From Candidatus Latescibacterota bacterium (lineage in GTDB: Bacteria > Latescibacterota > UBA2968), in contig OZ220741.1 of NCBI GenBank assembly GCA_965116885.1, forward strand, positions 64,001 to 128,000: a DNA stretch of 64,000 nt, read 5' to 3'. The position numbers and the translations under genes were made by a program. The notes beneath the pieces are model-generated. The model ran no database searches. It saw only the letters and a program-made list of their open reading frames with translations, and had not been told where the DNA came from. Position 1 is the stretch's first letter, and each line of letters begins with the position of its first letter. This document shows positions 45,168-54,937 of the stretch, one piece after another.

Positions 45168-46754
45168 GTGGCAGCAATGTTTGAGTACGGTGCAGTAGTT
45201 GGACAACCCGAATCCGATTCTGCCGCTGTAAGCATATTGAGAAAGGGTGGTAATGCCGTCGATGCCGCTGTAACAGCGGCATTTCTCGCCTGTGTTCTAT
45301 CACCTAAATCGTGCGGAATCGGAGGTTATGGCGGCGCGATGACCGCCTATATTGGCGGCGAAGTCGTCTGCGTTGACTTTAATACAGTCGCGCCCAAAGA
45401 GGCTCATGACAGGATGTTTCGCGTAACGCGCTCCGACGGGCGATTTGGTTCTGCTGTCAGCGGTTATGCCAATTCAATCGGTTATAAAGCCATCTCCGTT
45501 CCCGGCGTACTGTCGGGTCTGGCTCTGGCTCTGGAAAAATTTGGCAAAATGCCACTGTCCGAAGTACTCGCACCCGCTATTCGCGCATGTGAACGCGGGT
45601 TTCGGGTATCTGCAAACTTCGCTACGGGCGTTGCTCGAAGCGAAGCGCGCATTCGCGAGTTTCCAGAAACAACCCGCTTATTGACGATCAGTGGCGAAGT
45701 GCCCAAAAGTGGAGATCGTGCGCAAAATCCCTATTTGGGCAGAATGCTCAGTCAGGTTGCAGACAAAGGGGTGCGTGAATTTTATGAGGGACGCATCGCA
45801 GAGCGCATTGTCAAACACATTCAAGATAACGGTGGGATTTTATCACGAGATGATCTGGCAAATTACGAAGCTCAGATCGTTGACCCCGTAAAAACGGCTT
45901 GTATGGAATACGATGTGTACAGCTCGCCCCTTTGCAGTGCTGGATTGAGCCTGGCACAAATGTGTGCCATAGCCGACGAAGCCGAATTAGACCTCTACGC
46001 GAGAGATTCCGCCCGGTTGGCCCATGGCATGGTCGAAATTATCCGTGCAGCCTGGATGGACCGATACCGGCATTTTGGCGATCCAAAGCAAATGCCGGTA
46101 GATACAGACATGCTGATGTCGGATATCAATATCGGTGCAAATGCAAAAGAAATTGCCACCTATATTGCCGAAGGAAAACGCGGACAATCTCTGTTGCGAC
46201 CGTTTTATACGGGTGGCACGACGCATATTTGCACAATAGACGCGCAAAGCAATATGGTCGCCCTGACCCTCACGCATGGACCGGGCTATGGGTCTTTTGT
46301 AACAATTCCCCGCATGGGCTTGTTGATGAATGCGGGCATGTCGCGATTTGACCCCGGTTCGGGCTTAAAAAACTCTATTGCCCCTGGCAAAGCCCCTATT
46401 ATGAACATGTGCCCAACCATTGTGTTGCAAGATGGCGAACCCGTCCTGACTGTGGGTGCATCCGGCGGAACACGCATCCCATCGTCTGTCTTTCAGGTTT
46501 TGGCGCGAAGATTAGTGCTCGACGAAGACCCCGAATGGTCGGTCGCAGCCCCTCGGGTACACTCAGAGGGCAATGAATGGGTAAGTATAGAAGAAGAGTT
46601 CGGCGAGGCCGCGCCGGATTATCTGAGTTCAGTCGGATACACAATTAACAAAAAGGGCGCGGCTGCAGCCAGTGTTCGGATGATTGAGATCGTTGAAGAA
46701 GGATTGCTGGCCCTGTACGATCCGCGCATGAAGGCGCGAGAAAAAGGGTATTAG
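45168..46754 (+). CDS. ggt: Gamma-glutamyltransferase family protein
   Basis: AGGAGG RBS before GTG; GGNAVDAAV, GIGGYGG, TTH (autocleavage Thr), GASGG, APRVH. Confidence 0.88.
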   Translation: MAAMFEYGAVVGQPESDSAAVSILRKGGNAVDAAVTAAFLACVLSPKSCGIGGYGGAMTAYIGGEVVCVDFNTVAPKEAHDRMFRVTRSDGRFGSAVSGYANSIGYKAISVPGVLSGLALALEKFGKMPLSEVLAPAIRACERGFRVSANFATGVARSEARIREFPETTRLLTISGEVPKSGDRAQNPYLGRMLSQVADKGVREFYEGRIAERIVKHIQDNGGILSRDDLANYEAQIVDPVKTACMEYDVYSSPLCSAGLSLAQMCAIADEAELDLYARDSARLAHGMVEIIRAAWMDRYRHFGDPKQMPVDTDMLMSDINIGANAKEIATYIAEGKRGQSLLRPFYTGGTTHICTIDAQSNMVALTLTHGPGYGSFVTIPRMGLLMNAGMSRFDPGSGLKNSIAPGKAPIMNMCPTIVLQDGEPVLTVGASGGTRIPSSVFQVLARRLVLDEDPEWSVAAPRVHSEGNEWVSIEEEFGEAAPDYLSSVGYTINKKGAAAASVRMIEIVEEGLLALYDPRMKAREKGY

Positions 46755-46791
46755 TGCAGCCAGCGAATTCAAATACTCAGGAGAAAATCAC

Positions 46792-47910
46792 ATGGAGAGA
46801 TATCCTTTTGGCAGCGGGCGTCCCGATCCGTCATCGTTTCCCAAGCGGGAATTGGCCGAGGCCGCCATGCGTATCTTGCCCGAAATGGGCAATGAACTGG
46901 CACTTTATCCCGGCACATTGGGATATCAACCGATGCGACAGGTCCTGGCCGATCGCTTGTTGCGACGCGAAGGAATCGCCCCTCCCGTTGAAGAAATCGC
47001 ATTGACCAATGGCTCAATGCAGCCCGTGACCCTGATGGCGCAGATGTTTATCGATCAACCCGGTGACGGGGTGGTGATGGAGGAATTTTGCTATTCCGGC
47101 ACAATTGGTGCGTATAACAAAGAAGGTGCAGAATTGGTGGGCATTCCCGTGGATGAGCACGGCATGCGTATGGACGCGCTGTCCGACGAATTAAAAAAAC
47201 GGGGCGCCAATGGGAAACTGCCCAAATTCATTTATGTACTGGCGACATTCCAAAATCCCACAGGTGCGATCATGCCCCTCGAACGGCGAAAAGAACTGTT
47301 GCAAATAGCCGCACAGTACGAGATCCCCGTCGTCGAAGATCACTGCTATGCCGACACGGTGTACGAAGACGATTATTACGTCCCTTCCCTCTATACCCTC
47401 CCAGCAGAAGTGCCCGTAGTACATATTGAATCCCTCTCCAAAATTTTGGGGCCAGGTGTGCGCCTGGGGTGCTTTTTCACCAAACAACCCCTCCTGGGCA
47501 AAATTTTGCAGATTCGTCGAGATGGCGGCACGAGTTCGCTCGCCGCAGCCATTGTGTACGAATACTTCCGCGAACATCTGTGGACCCATGTCAATAACAT
47601 CAACGCAATCGTAAAAGAAAAGCGCGACTTGATGTTTGAAATGCTGGGACAGTCTCCCGACGCTTTTGAATGGTTCAGCCGTCCCAAAGGCGGATTATTC
47701 ATATGGGTCAAATTGCCCGATGCCACCGATGTGATCAAATGCGAACAAATCGCCGAATCCCACGGGATCGACTACGCCACTGGCAAAGCATTTCACGTAC
47801 ACCACGACGACGTGCCCTACCTGCGCCTCGCATTTGGCTACGCATCACTCGCACAAATCCGAGAAGGTATTCCAAAACTGGCAGAATGCGTCATGGCAAC
47901 GCAGAAATGA
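46792..47910 (+). CDS. PLP-dependent aminotransferase class I (ARO8/LysN-like)
   Basis: FQNPTG, VVEDHCY, SLSKILGPGVRLG, PKGGLFIW, LRLAF. Confidence 0.9.
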   Translation: MERYPFGSGRPDPSSFPKRELAEAAMRILPEMGNELALYPGTLGYQPMRQVLADRLLRREGIAPPVEEIALTNGSMQPVTLMAQMFIDQPGDGVVMEEFCYSGTIGAYNKEGAELVGIPVDEHGMRMDALSDELKKRGANGKLPKFIYVLATFQNPTGAIMPLERRKELLQIAAQYEIPVVEDHCYADTVYEDDYYVPSLYTLPAEVPVVHIESLSKILGPGVRLGCFFTKQPLLGKILQIRRDGGTSSLAAAIVYEYFREHLWTHVNNINAIVKEKRDLMFEMLGQSPDAFEWFSRPKGGLFIWVKLPDATDVIKCEQIAESHGIDYATGKAFHVHHDDVPYLRLAFGYASLAQIREGIPKLAECVMATQK

Positions 47911-47949
47911 GGTCGCATTTTTTGAGTCGCTGATTGGTATTTTAATAAT

Positions 47950-50900
47950 GTGGACATCGCTATGGTCCCAGGTCTTTCCCCCAACTTTCTCTCTCTGGAC
48001 CTCGAAGTCAGCAAGCAAGATCACCGCATTCGCGCATTTGCTGCGGTGCGTACGGACGTTGACCAACCACTGGTCTTCCACGGCGGAGACCTGACAGCGG
48101 CGTTGGAAAAACTCGACGACTTCGCTGATGGCGCGGACTTCCTGCTCGGTCACAACCTGATCGCCTTCGATCTGCCATATCTGAAAGCCGCGAAGTCCGA
48201 TCTACGGATATTGAAGCTACCGCCGGTAGATACATTGCGGCTCAATCCCCTCGCCTTTCCTCGCAATCCCTATCACCACCTCGTCAAACACTATCAGGAT
48301 GGACAGCTCAAACGCGGGCGATTGAACGACCCAGAACTCGACGCCCGGCTCGCGCTGGAAGTCTTTGACAGTCAACAAACCGCGTTACGCGATGCACCAC
48401 TGAGCTTGCTCGCTGCATGGCATTGGTTGACAGGAACAGGACCCGGCAGCGCGGGGTTCGACGCCGTATTCGCTACCATAAGGTACTCACCCCGGCCAAC
48501 CGAAGCAGCAGCCAACGCGGCGATCCGCGAGCGACTTGCGGGCATCGCCTGCCAGAATCGCGGTCAAGAAATTCTCAAAAATGCCACCCAAAGCGGCTGG
48601 CCACTGGCTTACGCGCTGGCCTGGCTATCAGTTTCCGGCGGCAATTCCGTGATGCCCCCGTGGGTTCGACACCAGTTTCCAGAAGCCGGTAAACTGGTTC
48701 GCCAACTACGGGATATGCCCTGTGGCGAGTCGGACTGCGACTGGTGCGGGGAGAGACACAATCCACGCAAAGAGCTTAAACGCTGGTTCGGATTTGATGA
48801 CTTCCGCTCGGAACCGAAGGACGAGGAAGGTCGCCCCCTGCAGCAGACCATCGTCGAGGCAGCGATGGTCGGGGAGCACATCCTGGGCATTCTGCCCACC
48901 GGCACCGGCAAGTCGCTCTGCTACCAGATCCCAGCTTTATCTCGCTATGACAAGACCGGTGCTCTCACAGTGGTGATTTCGCCTCTGGTCGCGCTCATGG
49001 CGGATCAAGTGGCGGGGCTGGAGGCACACGGAATCGGCTCCTGTGTGGCTATCAATGGGTTGCTGTCCATGCCCGAGCGAGCCGATGCGTTGGACCGGGT
49101 TCGACTCGGGGACGCAGGCATCCTCATCATCTCACCGGAGCAACTCCGCAATCGATCTCTGCACAGGGTACTGGATCAACGCGAAATCGGTGTCTGGGTG
49201 CTGGACGAAGCCCACTGCCTCTCAAAGTGGGGACACACCTTTCGACCCGATTATCGCTACATAGGACGCGTCATCCGCAAAAAGGCGGGACAGGACCCGA
49301 TCCCGCCGGTGCTATGCCTGACCGCAACCGCCAAGCCCGATGTGGTAGCGGACATCAAGCAATATTTTCAGGACGAACTCGGTATAAGACTAAAGGTTTT
49401 TGATGGCGGTTCTCATCGCACCAATCTGGAGTTCATAGTAGTGCCGACGACCGGGGGCGAGAAGTTCTCGCACATCCACCAGATTCTAATGGCCGACTTG
49501 CCACCGGACATGCCCGGAGGTGCCATCGTCTATTGTGCTACGCGCCGTCAGACCGAAGAGGTGGCGAAGTTCCTGCAGGACAAAGAGATCGCGGCAGACT
49601 ACTTTCACGCGGGGCTACAGCCCGAGACCAAGAAGAATGTGCAGCAGTGCTTCATCAGCGGCGAACTACGCGTAATCGCGGCCACCAATGCCTTCGGCAT
49701 GGGCATCGACAAACCGGATGTGCGTCTGGTAATCCACGCCGATATTCCCGGGTCGCTGGAGAACTACCTGCAGGAGGCAGGTCGCGCCGGACGAGACCGG
49801 CAGATGGCGCGCTGCGTACTTCTCTATACGACGGACGATGTGGAGAGACAGTTCGGCTTGTCGGCGCGTTCGCGGCTCACCCGGCGGGAGATTCACGGCG
49901 TCCTGAGAGCGCTGCGCAACCTGGATCGAAAAAAACGTCTGGACGGCGAGGTCGTGGCCACTGCAGGCGAAATCCTTAGCGAGGACGACGAAAAGGTATT
50001 CGAACGAGACTCAACCACCGACGATACCCGCGTGCGAACCGCCATATCCTGGCTTGAGGAGGCGATACTATTGACCAGAGATGAGAACCGGGTGCAGGTG
50101 TTTCCCTCGTCTCTTCGGGTGGATTCGGTGGAAGAAGCAAGCAGTCGGTTGGCGAAGGCACCCATGACCAACAATCACCGGAGACGGCTACTCAGAATCG
50201 CCGAGACACTGATCGATGCCGATCCCGATGAGGGCATCTCCACCGACGAACTGATGGGTGTATCCGGTCTGAGTGCCGAAGGCGTTCGCAGTGCTCTGTA
50301 CGACCTGGAGCGGCTGGGCATCGCCAGCAACGATACGGCATTGACCGCCTTTGTACACGCGGGAGTAGTACGTAACTCGCTCAAGCGCTTTGATGAAGCA
50401 GCAGAGTTGGAGACTGCCCTGATCGCGCAGATGCGCGAAGTGGCACCGGATATGGGCAAAGGAGACACCTCAATCCTGCATTTGCGCGTCGCCGCGCAAA
50501 CTCTGAGGGATGAGGGAGTGACCGATCCCCTGCCGGAACGACTATGGCGCATTCTCCGCAGCATCGCCAACGACGGACGCGGCGAAGAGGGCGACGCTGG
50601 CAGCCTCGGGGTACGACGACGAGACGCAGAGACAGTGCAGGTAATGTTGCGACGCGAATGGTCGGATTTGGAAGAACTCGCGTCGCGTCGGCGCGAGGGG
50701 GCAAAGCGCCTGCTAGATCACTTACTCGCCTGTCTGCCACCCGGAAGTCGGGGCCTGGATCTACTAGCGGAGACCACCCTTGGCAAACTATTGGAAGCGA
50801 TCACATCCGACCTGTTTCTAGAAAGCAGGAATCCTGAGAAGTTGCTGGATCGCGCGCTCCTGTGGCTGCACGAGCAGGAAATCATTCGTCTCAACAAGGG

Positions 50901-53127
50901 CCTGGCGGTATTCCGTCCGGCCATGACCATCCGGCTGGAGGAGGAAAGGCGCGGCTTTGCCACCGCCGACTTTGCACCACTCGATTTCCACTACAAAGGA
51001 CAAGTACTACAGATCCATGTGATGGTGGAATTCGCGCAACGGGGTCTCAACAACATGGCCGATGCTCTGCGTTTAGCGATTGACTACTTCAGTCTTAAGC
51101 AGGAGGATTTCCTTCGCCGTTGGCTACCAGATCGGGATAAGGAAATTGCGAGAGAGACCACGCCCGAATCGTGGCGAGCCATCGTCGAAAGTCTGAAAAA
51201 TCCTATCCAGCAGCGCATCGTCGCGGATGATCGGGAGCAGACGAACGTGCTGGTGCTCGCCGGTCCCGGCTCCGGTAAAACGCGCGTGCTGGTGCATCGC
51301 ATCGCCTACCTCATACGCGCAAGGCGCGAAAATCCCCGCGGTATTCTGGCCCTGGCCTATAACCGACACGCGGCGGTCGAGATCCGGCGACGCCTCATAG
51401 ATTTGATCGGCGACGACGCCCGCGGGGTAACCGTGCTCACCTGTCACGCGCTGGCCATGCGACTGGTCGGTGTCAGCTTTCAAGATAGAGAACGCCAGCT
51501 ACTCGACGACGATGCATTCCGAGAGGTTTTGCGCCAGGCAACGGCACTGCTGCGCGGCGAGGGGCTGGAGCCGGAAGAAGCAGACGATCAGAGAGAACGG
51601 CTCCTCGCGGGTTTCCGCTGGATTCTGGTAGATGAATACCAGGACATTGGCGCAGATCAATACGAGTTGATATCCGCTCTGGCCGGACGAACCCTGAAAG
51701 ATGAAGATCGCAAGCTCACCCTCTTCGCAGTAGGCGACGACGATCAGAATATCTACGCCTTCAACGGTGCTTCGGTGGAGTTCATCCGTCGTTTCGAAGC
51801 GGATTACGGGCCAAAGCCCACCTACCTGATCGACAACTATCGCTCCACTGACCACATCATCGCAACGGCCAACGCGCTGATCAACCCAGCGCGCCAACGG
51901 ATGAAGACCGGACATCCCATCCGCATTGACCGGGCGCGTGCGAAGAATCCGCCCGGCGGCGACTGGGATGCGCTGGACCCGATCTCTCGCGGTCGAGTCC
52001 AGATTCTATCTACCTGGCGCGATCCGATCTCGCAAGCGCAGGTCGCAATGGCGGAGTTACAGCGTCTCGCCGCACTCTCTCCGAATTGGGATTGGTCCAC
52101 ATGTGCGGTGATCGCCCGCGAGTGGAAATATTTGGATCCGGTACAAGCGTTTTGCGAAGTCCACCATATCCCGGTGCAAATGGGAAACGAAGAAATCCCG
52201 AGCTTTTGGCACCTGCGGGAAACCCGGAAATTTGTTGAATGGCTACGTGGACGAGATACCCGCCTGGTAGAAGGTGCGGATCTGAGCAATTGGGCAGATG
52301 CACATCCTTCAGGACCCTGGATTGAGCTACTGCAGCAAGCCCTGGAGGAGCACACCCTGGAAACCGGTGGCGCGGAAGTACCGGTGGACCACTTCATCGA
52401 GTGGCTGGCCGAGTGGGGGCGAGAGATACGCCGCCGCCAGCGCGGACTCTTGCTGTTGACCGCGCACCGTGCCAAAGGATTGGAGTTTGATCACATAGCA
52501 GTACTAGACGGAGGCTGGAACAAAGTCGATAGGGGCGAAGATCCGGACGCACCGCGCAGACTCTACTACGTAGCCATGACGCGCGCCCGACAAACTCTTG
52601 CGCTCGTGCGTTTTCAAGGATCGCGCCCGGCAGGAGGTACACGACCGAATTTCGTAATGGAGTCTGAACCCCCGGTGTACGGACGCTTGCACTCGCTACC
52701 TTATGCCTTTCCAAACAACGGCTCGGTTCTGCACCGCACATCCGGTGACTCGCAACCGGAAACCCTGGAACTCGCACGTCAATATCGGCGGCCCAGTCTG
52801 CGCGAAGTCAATCTGGGATTCGCAGGGCGTTACTACACCAACCATCCAGTCCATCGCGCGATAGCTGCCCTGTCGCCCGGCGATCCGATAGAGACGCGGA
52901 TTGCCAAAACTGGCTCCTGGGAATTGCTGAACCAGTCAGGGATGGTGGTGGGGCGTCTTGCTCAGGCGTTTGAACCCCCACCGGGAATGCGGTGCAGGTC
53001 TTCCACAGTCTTCGCCATCGTGGATTGGAGTCGCGAAGCATCGGAACCGCAGTACCGCGATCACGCGAAATGCGATGCCTGGGAGGTTGTGGTGCCGGAG
53101 TTGGTGTTCGAACCGGAGCGCGAGTAG
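47950..53127 (+). CDS. Large fusion: N-terminal exonuclease-like domain + RecQ SF2 helicase + UvrD SF1 helicase
   Basis: LDLEV...GHNLIAFD...DTL; PTGTGKS, DEAHC, ATNAFGMGIDKPDVR, QEAGRAGRD; AGPGSGKT, VDEYQD, GDDDQNIY, HRAKGLEF, RRLYYVAMTRA; alternative start 47962. Confidence 0.9.
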   Translation: MDIAMVPGLSPNFLSLDLEVSKQDHRIRAFAAVRTDVDQPLVFHGGDLTAALEKLDDFADGADFLLGHNLIAFDLPYLKAAKSDLRILKLPPVDTLRLNPLAFPRNPYHHLVKHYQDGQLKRGRLNDPELDARLALEVFDSQQTALRDAPLSLLAAWHWLTGTGPGSAGFDAVFATIRYSPRPTEAAANAAIRERLAGIACQNRGQEILKNATQSGWPLAYALAWLSVSGGNSVMPPWVRHQFPEAGKLVRQLRDMPCGESDCDWCGERHNPRKELKRWFGFDDFRSEPKDEEGRPLQQTIVEAAMVGEHILGILPTGTGKSLCYQIPALSRYDKTGALTVVISPLVALMADQVAGLEAHGIGSCVAINGLLSMPERADALDRVRLGDAGILIISPEQLRNRSLHRVLDQREIGVWVLDEAHCLSKWGHTFRPDYRYIGRVIRKKAGQDPIPPVLCLTATAKPDVVADIKQYFQDELGIRLKVFDGGSHRTNLEFIVVPTTGGEKFSHIHQILMADLPPDMPGGAIVYCATRRQTEEVAKFLQDKEIAADYFHAGLQPETKKNVQQCFISGELRVIAATNAFGMGIDKPDVRLVIHADIPGSLENYLQEAGRAGRDRQMARCVLLYTTDDVERQFGLSARSRLTRREIHGVLRALRNLDRKKRLDGEVVATAGEILSEDDEKVFERDSTTDDTRVRTAISWLEEAILLTRDENRVQVFPSSLRVDSVEEASSRLAKAPMTNNHRRRLLRIAETLIDADPDEGISTDELMGVSGLSAEGVRSALYDLERLGIASNDTALTAFVHAGVVRNSLKRFDEAAELETALIAQMREVAPDMGKGDTSILHLRVAAQTLRDEGVTDPLPERLWRILRSIANDGRGEEGDAGSLGVRRRDAETVQVMLRREWSDLEELASRRREGAKRLLDHLLACLPPGSRGLDLLAETTLGKLLEAITSDLFLESRNPEKLLDRALLWLHEQEIIRLNKGLAVFRPAMTIRLEEERRGFATADFAPLDFHYKGQVLQIHVMVEFAQRGLNNMADALRLAIDYFSLKQEDFLRRWLPDRDKEIARETTPESWRAIVESLKNPIQQRIVADDREQTNVLVLAGPGSGKTRVLVHRIAYLIRARRENPRGILALAYNRHAAVEIRRRLIDLIGDDARGVTVLTCHALAMRLVGVSFQDRERQLLDDDAFREVLRQATALLRGEGLEPEEADDQRERLLAGFRWILVDEYQDIGADQYELISALAGRTLKDEDRKLTLFAVGDDDQNIYAFNGASVEFIRRFEADYGPKPTYLIDNYRSTDHIIATANALINPARQRMKTGHPIRIDRARAKNPPGGDWDALDPISRGRVQILSTWRDPISQAQVAMAELQRLAALSPNWDWSTCAVIAREWKYLDPVQAFCEVHHIPVQMGNEEIPSFWHLRETRKFVEWLRGRDTRLVEGADLSNWADAHPSGPWIELLQQALEEHTLETGGAEVPVDHFIEWLAEWGREIRRRQRGLLLLTAHRAKGLEFDHIAVLDGGWNKVDRGEDPDAPRRLYYVAMTRARQTLALVRFQGSRPAGGTRPNFVMESEPPVYGRLHSLPYAFPNNGSVLHRTSGDSQPETLELARQYRRPSLREVNLGFAGRYYTNHPVHRAIAALSPGDPIETRIAKTGSWELLNQSGMVVGRLAQAFEPPPGMRCRSSTVFAIVDWSREASEPQYRDHAKCDAWEVVVPELVFEPERE

Positions 53128-53167
53128 CATACTAAAATCGGTTGATTTAGAATTTTCTCTTGATGAT

Positions 53168-53196
53168 TTGACGTCTTAATGGTACACTTATAAAAT
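53168..53196 (+). promoter_or_regulatory. Sigma-70 promoter of the TA pair
   Basis: TTGACG-17 bp-TAAAAT. Confidence 0.65.
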
Positions 53197-53237
53197 TCTA
53201 CAGATTTGATTGAAAATGAATGGCAATGGAGTAAGCT

Positions 53238-53471
53238 ATGGAAACAAAAGTGAGTCAAATTCGCGTTAGCTCTGAAGAGGCTCAAGTCCATGAGATGGTT
53301 TCTGAGCCTGATAGCACATCAGACCTGCCCCCAAGCACCGCTATCATCTGGCAAGAATGGACACAAAAACGCGCCCAAGACGCGCCGACTCTTGAACAGA
53401 TCCAAGCAATCACGAAAAAAGTTAAACTCAATGTCACACAAACCATTCTGGAAGAACGCCGGAAATCGTAA
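53238..53471 (+). CDS. Putative antitoxin of the PIN toxin
   Basis: 77-aa ORF ending TQTILEERRKS, TAATG-coupled to the PIN gene. Confidence 0.65.
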   Translation: METKVSQIRVSSEEAQVHEMVSEPDSTSDLPPSTAIIWQEWTQKRAQDAPTLEQIQAITKKVKLNVTQTILEERRKS

Positions 53472-53950
53472 TGCCCAGCTATCTTTTGGATGCCAGTGGT
53501 CTATGCAAGCGTTATTTTTTTAATGAAATCGGTGCAGACCTGATCAATGAGCTATTCAGGGATACGACCAGCACGCGCTATCTTCTCAATTTTACCATCC
53601 TCGAAATCCTTAACGCCATATATCGCGTACACCGGGAAGGACATCTGAATGATACAGAACGCGATGCCTTGATTTCAGCGTTCTACAAAGATATTTCCGA
53701 TGGCTCATTGCTCATCTACAGTGTTCATGATCTGCATATTTTTAGTGCAGAATCAACTATCCAGAGGGCACAAGCAATGTCGGTAACCAAGAAACGTCCC
53801 GGACCTATGGATGCCCTCATCGTGACCTGCACACAGGATTTCGACTTGACCGACTTGATACTTGTAAGCTCAGATATCGACCTGAATGCGTTAGCCCAAC
53901 AAGCCAACATTTCGACATTTGATCCTGAAAATCCTTTTTCATTACTTTGA
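53471..53950 (+). CDS. vapC: VapC/PIN domain toxin
   Basis: YLLDASGLCKRY..E.G, EILNA, DAL, LVSSD..L. Confidence 0.85.
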   Translation: MPSYLLDASGLCKRYFFNEIGADLINELFRDTTSTRYLLNFTILEILNAIYRVHREGHLNDTERDALISAFYKDISDGSLLIYSVHDLHIFSAESTIQRAQAMSVTKKRPGPMDALIVTCTQDFDLTDLILVSSDIDLNALAQQANISTFDPENPFSLL

Positions 53951-53964
53951 AACAGGAGTATAAT

Positions 53965-54756
53965 GTGAGCGCACCACCAATTCCAGAACGTCCACCCATC
54001 CCGGGTGTTAGACACATCGTCGCCATCGCCAGTGGCAAAGGCGGCGTGGGCAAAACCACGACCGCGTCAAATCTGGCTGTGGCAATGGCACAATCGGGAC
54101 ACGCGGTGGGATTGATGGACGCGGATATTTACGGACCCAATGTACCGATCATGATGGGCAGCAAAGCGCAGCCACAAATGACACCGGAACAAAAAATTGA
54201 ACCCCTTGAGCTGTACGGTGTAAAAATGGTATCTCTGGGACTAATTGCTGGCGATGGCGTACCCATAATCTGGCGTGGACCAATGTTGGCCAAGATGGTC
54301 ACCCAATTTGTGCGCGACGTGGCCTGGGCACCGCTCGATTGCCTCGTCATCGACTTGCCCCCGGGCACCGGCGATGTGCAACTGACCCTGACCCAATCGA
54401 CCCCTTTGGATGGCGCTGTCATCGTAACAACACCACCTCTCGTCGCCCTGGAAGATGTGCGGCGCGGCGTCGAAATGTTTCACACCGTTGAAGTACCCGT
54501 ACTCGGTATAATCGAAAACATGAGCACTTATATATGCAGCAAGTGCGGCACAGAAACGCCGATCTTTGGTCAGGGAGGCGGCGAGCGCACGGCAAAAGCC
54601 TATAGCGTGCCATTTTTGGGCGCGATTCCCCTGCATCTACAGGTACAAATGGGAAGTGATACGGGAGAACCAATTGTAGCCTCTGATCCCGACTCGCCTC
54701 TGGCACAGATATACCGCGGCATCGCCGACAGCATCTGGCGATCTCTGGAGATGTAA
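53965..54756 (+). CDS. apbC: Mrp/NBP35 (ApbC) Fe-S cluster carrier ATPase
   Basis: SGKGGVGKT, DADIYGP, IIWRGP, DLPPGTGD, ENMS..ICSKC; AGGAG RBS before GTG. Confidence 0.92.
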   Translation: MSAPPIPERPPIPGVRHIVAIASGKGGVGKTTTASNLAVAMAQSGHAVGLMDADIYGPNVPIMMGSKAQPQMTPEQKIEPLELYGVKMVSLGLIAGDGVPIIWRGPMLAKMVTQFVRDVAWAPLDCLVIDLPPGTGDVQLTLTQSTPLDGAVIVTTPPLVALEDVRRGVEMFHTVEVPVLGIIENMSTYICSKCGTETPIFGQGGGERTAKAYSVPFLGAIPLHLQVQMGSDTGEPIVASDPDSPLAQIYRGIADSIWRSLEM

Positions 54757-54782
54757 AAACTGCATCCACAATCGCGTATTAC

Positions 54783-54815
54783 AAAAAGGCGATCTTTATG
54801 CGAGCGCCTTTTTTT
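54783..54815 (+). terminator. Intrinsic terminator
   Basis: AAAAAGGCG...CGCCTTTTTTT. Confidence 0.75.
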
Positions 54816-54824
54816 ATTTCTCCC

Positions 54825-54853
54825 TTGAAAACTATACACCCGTTCAGTATATT
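54825..54853 (+). promoter_or_regulatory. Sigma-70 promoter of the RND operon
   Basis: TTGAAA-17 bp-TATATT. Confidence 0.55.
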
Positions 54854-54937
54854 TAATAATGTTTTCCGAAACCAGTCTTCCCACTGGTGCGTCAAAGGTC
54901 TTGTAGAATTCAGGCATACTCCAACCTGTGAGGATAA

